From Candidatus Aegiribacteria sp. (GTDB lineage: Bacteria > Fermentibacterota > Fermentibacteria > Fermentibacterales > JCC-6): a stretch of 64,000 nucleotides of DNA. Location of the stretch: assembly GCA_030610085.1 (NCBI GenBank), contig JAUWSL010000001.1:2740-66739 (forward strand), written 5' to 3'. The translations under genes and the position numbers were made by a program. Shown piece by piece: positions 61,252 to 64,000 of the stretch. The notes below the pieces were generated by a model. It was not told the origin of the DNA and made no database searches. It saw only the letters and a list, made by a program, of their open reading frames with translations. Every line of letters begins with the position of its first letter. Position 1 is the first letter of the stretch.

Positions 61252-62111
61252 GAGCACTCGGAGCGTTTTCAGGAGGACTGGACGGGATGCTGGCAGCTCT
61301 TCTGCTTGAATCTCAGGGTATCGACGTGGAACTTGCTACTTTCACCAGCCCTTTTTTCTCTTCCGAATCAGGCTGCCGCGGTGCTGAACAGCTTGATCTC
61401 CCCTGGAGGGAGATCGATTATACCGGTGAGATAATGGGTCTGCTGCACAAACCACTCAGTGGATTCGGCAAGAACCTCAATCCCTGCATAGACTGTCATG
61501 CAGGTATGTTCCGGATACTTGGTGGAATTGCCGAAGAAGAGGGTTACGATTTCATCTTCTCCGGGGAAGTAGCCGGACAGCGGCCAATGTCGCAGAACAA
61601 GAACTCCCTTAACCGGGTTGCCAGGTTATCAGGGTATCAGGATATGCTGCTCCGCCCACTTTCGGCGAAACTTCTCAGAATAACCGGTCCCGAACGGATG
61701 GGGCTGATTGACAGGGACTTGCTGCTGAGCTTTTCCGGAAGAAGCAGAAAACCTCAGATGCGGCTCGCGGAGGAATATGGGATCCGTTACATCAATCCAG
61801 GAGGAGGATGCCTGCTCACCGATCCAAATTACTGTGACAGACTGAAGATTCTAATGAGCATTCCTGGTCTTTTCACCTCAGGGAATGCCAGATTGATAAG
61901 ACACGGTCGGATGTTCAGGCTCTCAGACGATACCGTGGGCCTTGTAGGTCGTTCTGAAGGGGATAATGCAGGACTTGAATCCCTGGTGAATGATGAGATA
62001 ACCTTTGTTCTTGAAGACAGACCGGGTCCCACGGGGGTCCTCATCGGTGATCCCGAAATGCTTCCGGAGCTTGTCACTCTCGTAAAGCGCTACGCCGGGG
62101 ACGGACCTTGA
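61242..62111 (+). CDS. PP-loop tRNA thiouridylase-like protein (ThiI/MnmA-related)
   Basis: SGGLD PP-loop, NPCIDCH, GEV.GQRPMSQ, GGCLLTD. Confidence 0.78.
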   Translation: MGIRALGAFSGGLDGMLAALLLESQGIDVELATFTSPFFSSESGCRGAEQLDLPWREIDYTGEIMGLLHKPLSGFGKNLNPCIDCHAGMFRILGGIAEEEGYDFIFSGEVAGQRPMSQNKNSLNRVARLSGYQDMLLRPLSAKLLRITGPERMGLIDRDLLLSFSGRSRKPQMRLAEEYGIRYINPGGGCLLTDPNYCDRLKILMSIPGLFTSGNARLIRHGRMFRLSDDTVGLVGRSEGDNAGLESLVNDEITFVLEDRPGPTGVLIGDPEMLPELVTLVKRYAGDGP

Positions 62112-62188
62112 ATTTCTACAATAATACCAATTTAGTATTGTATAGTCATAATAATATTTATATCAAATTCTGTAAGCTCTTTCGTTAC

Positions 62189-62218
62189 TTGACATTCTGA
62201 AAAAAGTGAATATAAAAT
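62189..62218 (+). promoter_or_regulatory. Candidate sigma70 promoter for ABC exporter
   Basis: TTGACA 62189-62194 followed after 16-18 bp by TATAAA/TAAAAT; AT-rich upstream. Confidence 0.6.
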
Positions 62219-62367
62219 CCCTTACTCAATCGAAGGGCACCATTATGACTAAGATCAAAAGGCTGTTTCAGTAATTCGAAACCTCCTGCCCGAAACGGGC
62301 AGATTCTAATCAGTTTCAAGAACAGATATTGATCCCGGGATAACCCGGTTTTTACAGGAATAATGAG

Positions 62368-64000
62368 ATGCACTTTCAATTTGAAGACACATACGAAGAT
62401 TCTTCGCTCCGGAAAACATCCACTTTTGGTGTTTTAAGGAAGATCTATCCCTTCTTAAAGCCGCACAAAAAGTCCTTTGCCGTTGCAGCTGTTCTGCTGT
62501 TCCTGGGCGTTGCGGGAGAGCTTGCAGGACCCCTTATCCTGCGGATGGTAATTGATACAGCGATTCCGAACAAATCAGTGCGGGACATTGTTTTCTACTC
62601 CCTTCTGTTCGCAGGAACGTTCTCATTTGCCATGGTGATGTCCTATCTGCAGGTGATGATCACAACAAAAGTAGGGCTTTCGGTGGTAAGGGACCTGAAG
62701 GAGAAGGTTTTCCGTCATATGCTCTCCCTTTCCCTTTCTTTCTTCGACAGGAATCCCACCGGGAAACTCATGGCGCGGGTTGAAAGCGATTCCGAACGGG
62801 TTCGGATGCTGTTCAGCGATGTTTCAATGGCACTGCTCAGAAACGTTGCCATGGTCTGCGGGACCCTTGGAATAATGCTGGCAGCGGATGCGGCTATAAC
62901 AAAATGGATAGTACTTCTTCTATTACCTGTGGTTCTGTTGACTGTGCCTGTTCTGAAAAGAATGAGGATACTCTACAGAAGGGTCAGGTCAGCCTACGCC
63001 CGGATATCCGGGTTCATAGCCGAATATGTAAGGTCTGTTCCGATTCTTCAGGTTTTCGGCGCAACAGGGATGGCATCGCGGAAGATTCATGACGAGGGGG
63101 AGAACTTTCTGCACCGGGAAGTTGAAGCCTATTTCTGGGAGTACGGGTTCTGGAGTTTCCTTGGCAGCTGCGAGATCCTTGCTGTTATCGTTATTCTTCT
63201 TTCCGGCAGGGCCGGAGTTATCTCCGGTACGGTAAGTGTAGGTACGGTAGTCATGTTCGTTGAGTATACCAGGCGCCTCTTTGGACCGGTTGTGATGTTT
63301 TCCGAGACACTTAATATGGTTCAGCGGGCAGCAGCTTCCGCGGAGAGGCTCTTTGATATTCTTGCCACGGAGACCCTTACTCCGGATGGGCATCTGGATG
63401 ATGGAGATTTCCCTGACGGATGGAAAGAGATCCGCTTTGAAAACGTATGGTTCAGATATCCCGAAGGGAAATGGGTTCTGAAGAATGTCAGCTTTACAGT
63501 CGCCAGGGGCAGTATGGTTGCTCTCGTGGGTTCCAGCGGAGGAGGAAAAAGCACAATTGTAAGCCTGCTTATGAGATTCTACGAGCCCACGGAAGGAAGC
63601 ATCACCATCGACGGGATCGATATCAGGGAGTTCCGTCTGAGTGTCTGGAGAAGCAGACTGGGATTGGTTCTGCAGAATGTAAATCTTTTTTCGGGAACCC
63701 TTTCCGAGAACCTTACGGTTTTCAGGGAAGGAATATCCGCTTCCAGCCAGAGAGAAGCACTGAAACACATAGAAGCTGAAGATATTCTGGAAGCCATTCC
63801 GGATGGACTGGATGGCAGCATCAGCGAAGGCGGCCTGAATATTTCTATGGGTCAGCGGCAGCTCATCAATTATGCCAGAGCTATCCTGAGCGAGCCTGAG
63901 ATACTTGTCCTTGACGAAGCCACTTCATCTGTCGACCCCGGCACGGAGAAACGGATACAGAGATCAACGGATCTTATAGTAATGAACAGGACCGCGCTGG
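62368..64000 (+). CDS. ABC exporter, fused permease/ATPase (MsbA-like; runs off window)
   Basis: Not in ORF track. Starts MHFQFEDTY; TM domain, Walker A GSSGGGKST, ISMGQRQ signature, ILVLDEATS. Confidence 0.93.
   Translation, partial: MHFQFEDTYEDSSLRKTSTFGVLRKIYPFLKPHKKSFAVAAVLLFLGVAGELAGPLILRMVIDTAIPNKSVRDIVFYSLLFAGTFSFAMVMSYLQVMITTKVGLSVVRDLKEKVFRHMLSLSLSFFDRNPTGKLMARVESDSERVRMLFSDVSMALLRNVAMVCGTLGIMLAADAAITKWIVLLLLPVVLLTVPVLKRMRILYRRVRSAYARISGFIAEYVRSVPILQVFGATGMASRKIHDEGENFLHREVEAYFWEYGFWSFLGSCEILAVIVILLSGRAGVISGTVSVGTVVMFVEYTRRLFGPVVMFSETLNMVQRAAASAERLFDILATETLTPDGHLDDGDFPDGWKEIRFENVWFRYPEGKWVLKNVSFTVARGSMVALVGSSGGGKSTIVSLLMRFYEPTEGSITIDGIDIREFRLSVWRSRLGLVLQNVNLFSGTLSENLTVFREGISASSQREALKHIEAEDILEAIPDGLDGSISEGGLNISMGQRQLINYARAILSEPEILVLDEATSSVDPGTEKRIQRSTDLIVMNRTAL

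Noticed and set aside
62989..63768. 259-aa minus-strand ORF
   Set aside because: Antisense to the ABC exporter, which the track missed because it runs off the window.

Overview
Bacterial chromosomal origin region (standard code 11). The left arm on the minus strand holds mnmG (partial, containing a parS site), mnmE, yidC, yidD, rnpA and rpmH. DnaA-box clusters flank dnaA, followed by dnaN, dciA, gyrB, gyrA, a 1196-aa orphan, an asparaginase and a bactofilin with a small membrane partner. A second DnaA-box cluster precedes a complete, probably Na+-coupled V/A-type ATPase operon. Next come two secreted proteins sharing a C-terminal 'LQxxTWxxIKAxF' tail, elbB and a PHP phosphatase. A ~27 kb surface-glycan locus follows (GT2/GT4/GT-C, initiating transferase, DegT aminotransferase, two B12-radical SAM enzymes, two sulfotransferases, MurJ-like flippase, frameshifted O-antigen ligase-like gene), interrupted by serS/dgkA/PAP2. 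The window ends with a long GreA, a Tat-type orphan, a HAD hydrolase, a tRNA thiolase-like gene and a partial ABC exporter with a possible leader-peptide attenuator. Gene content and the TW..IK tails suggest an uncultured FCB-group lineage such as Fermentibacteria/Aegiribacteria (inference only). Best leads: rpmH nested inside an extended rnpA frame, the TWxxIK tail, the distal DnaA-box cluster, the ABC leader, and the radical-SAM/sulfated glycan locus. No rRNA, tRNA, CRISPR or mobile element was recognised. Starts were adjusted by eye where motifs or RBS justified it.
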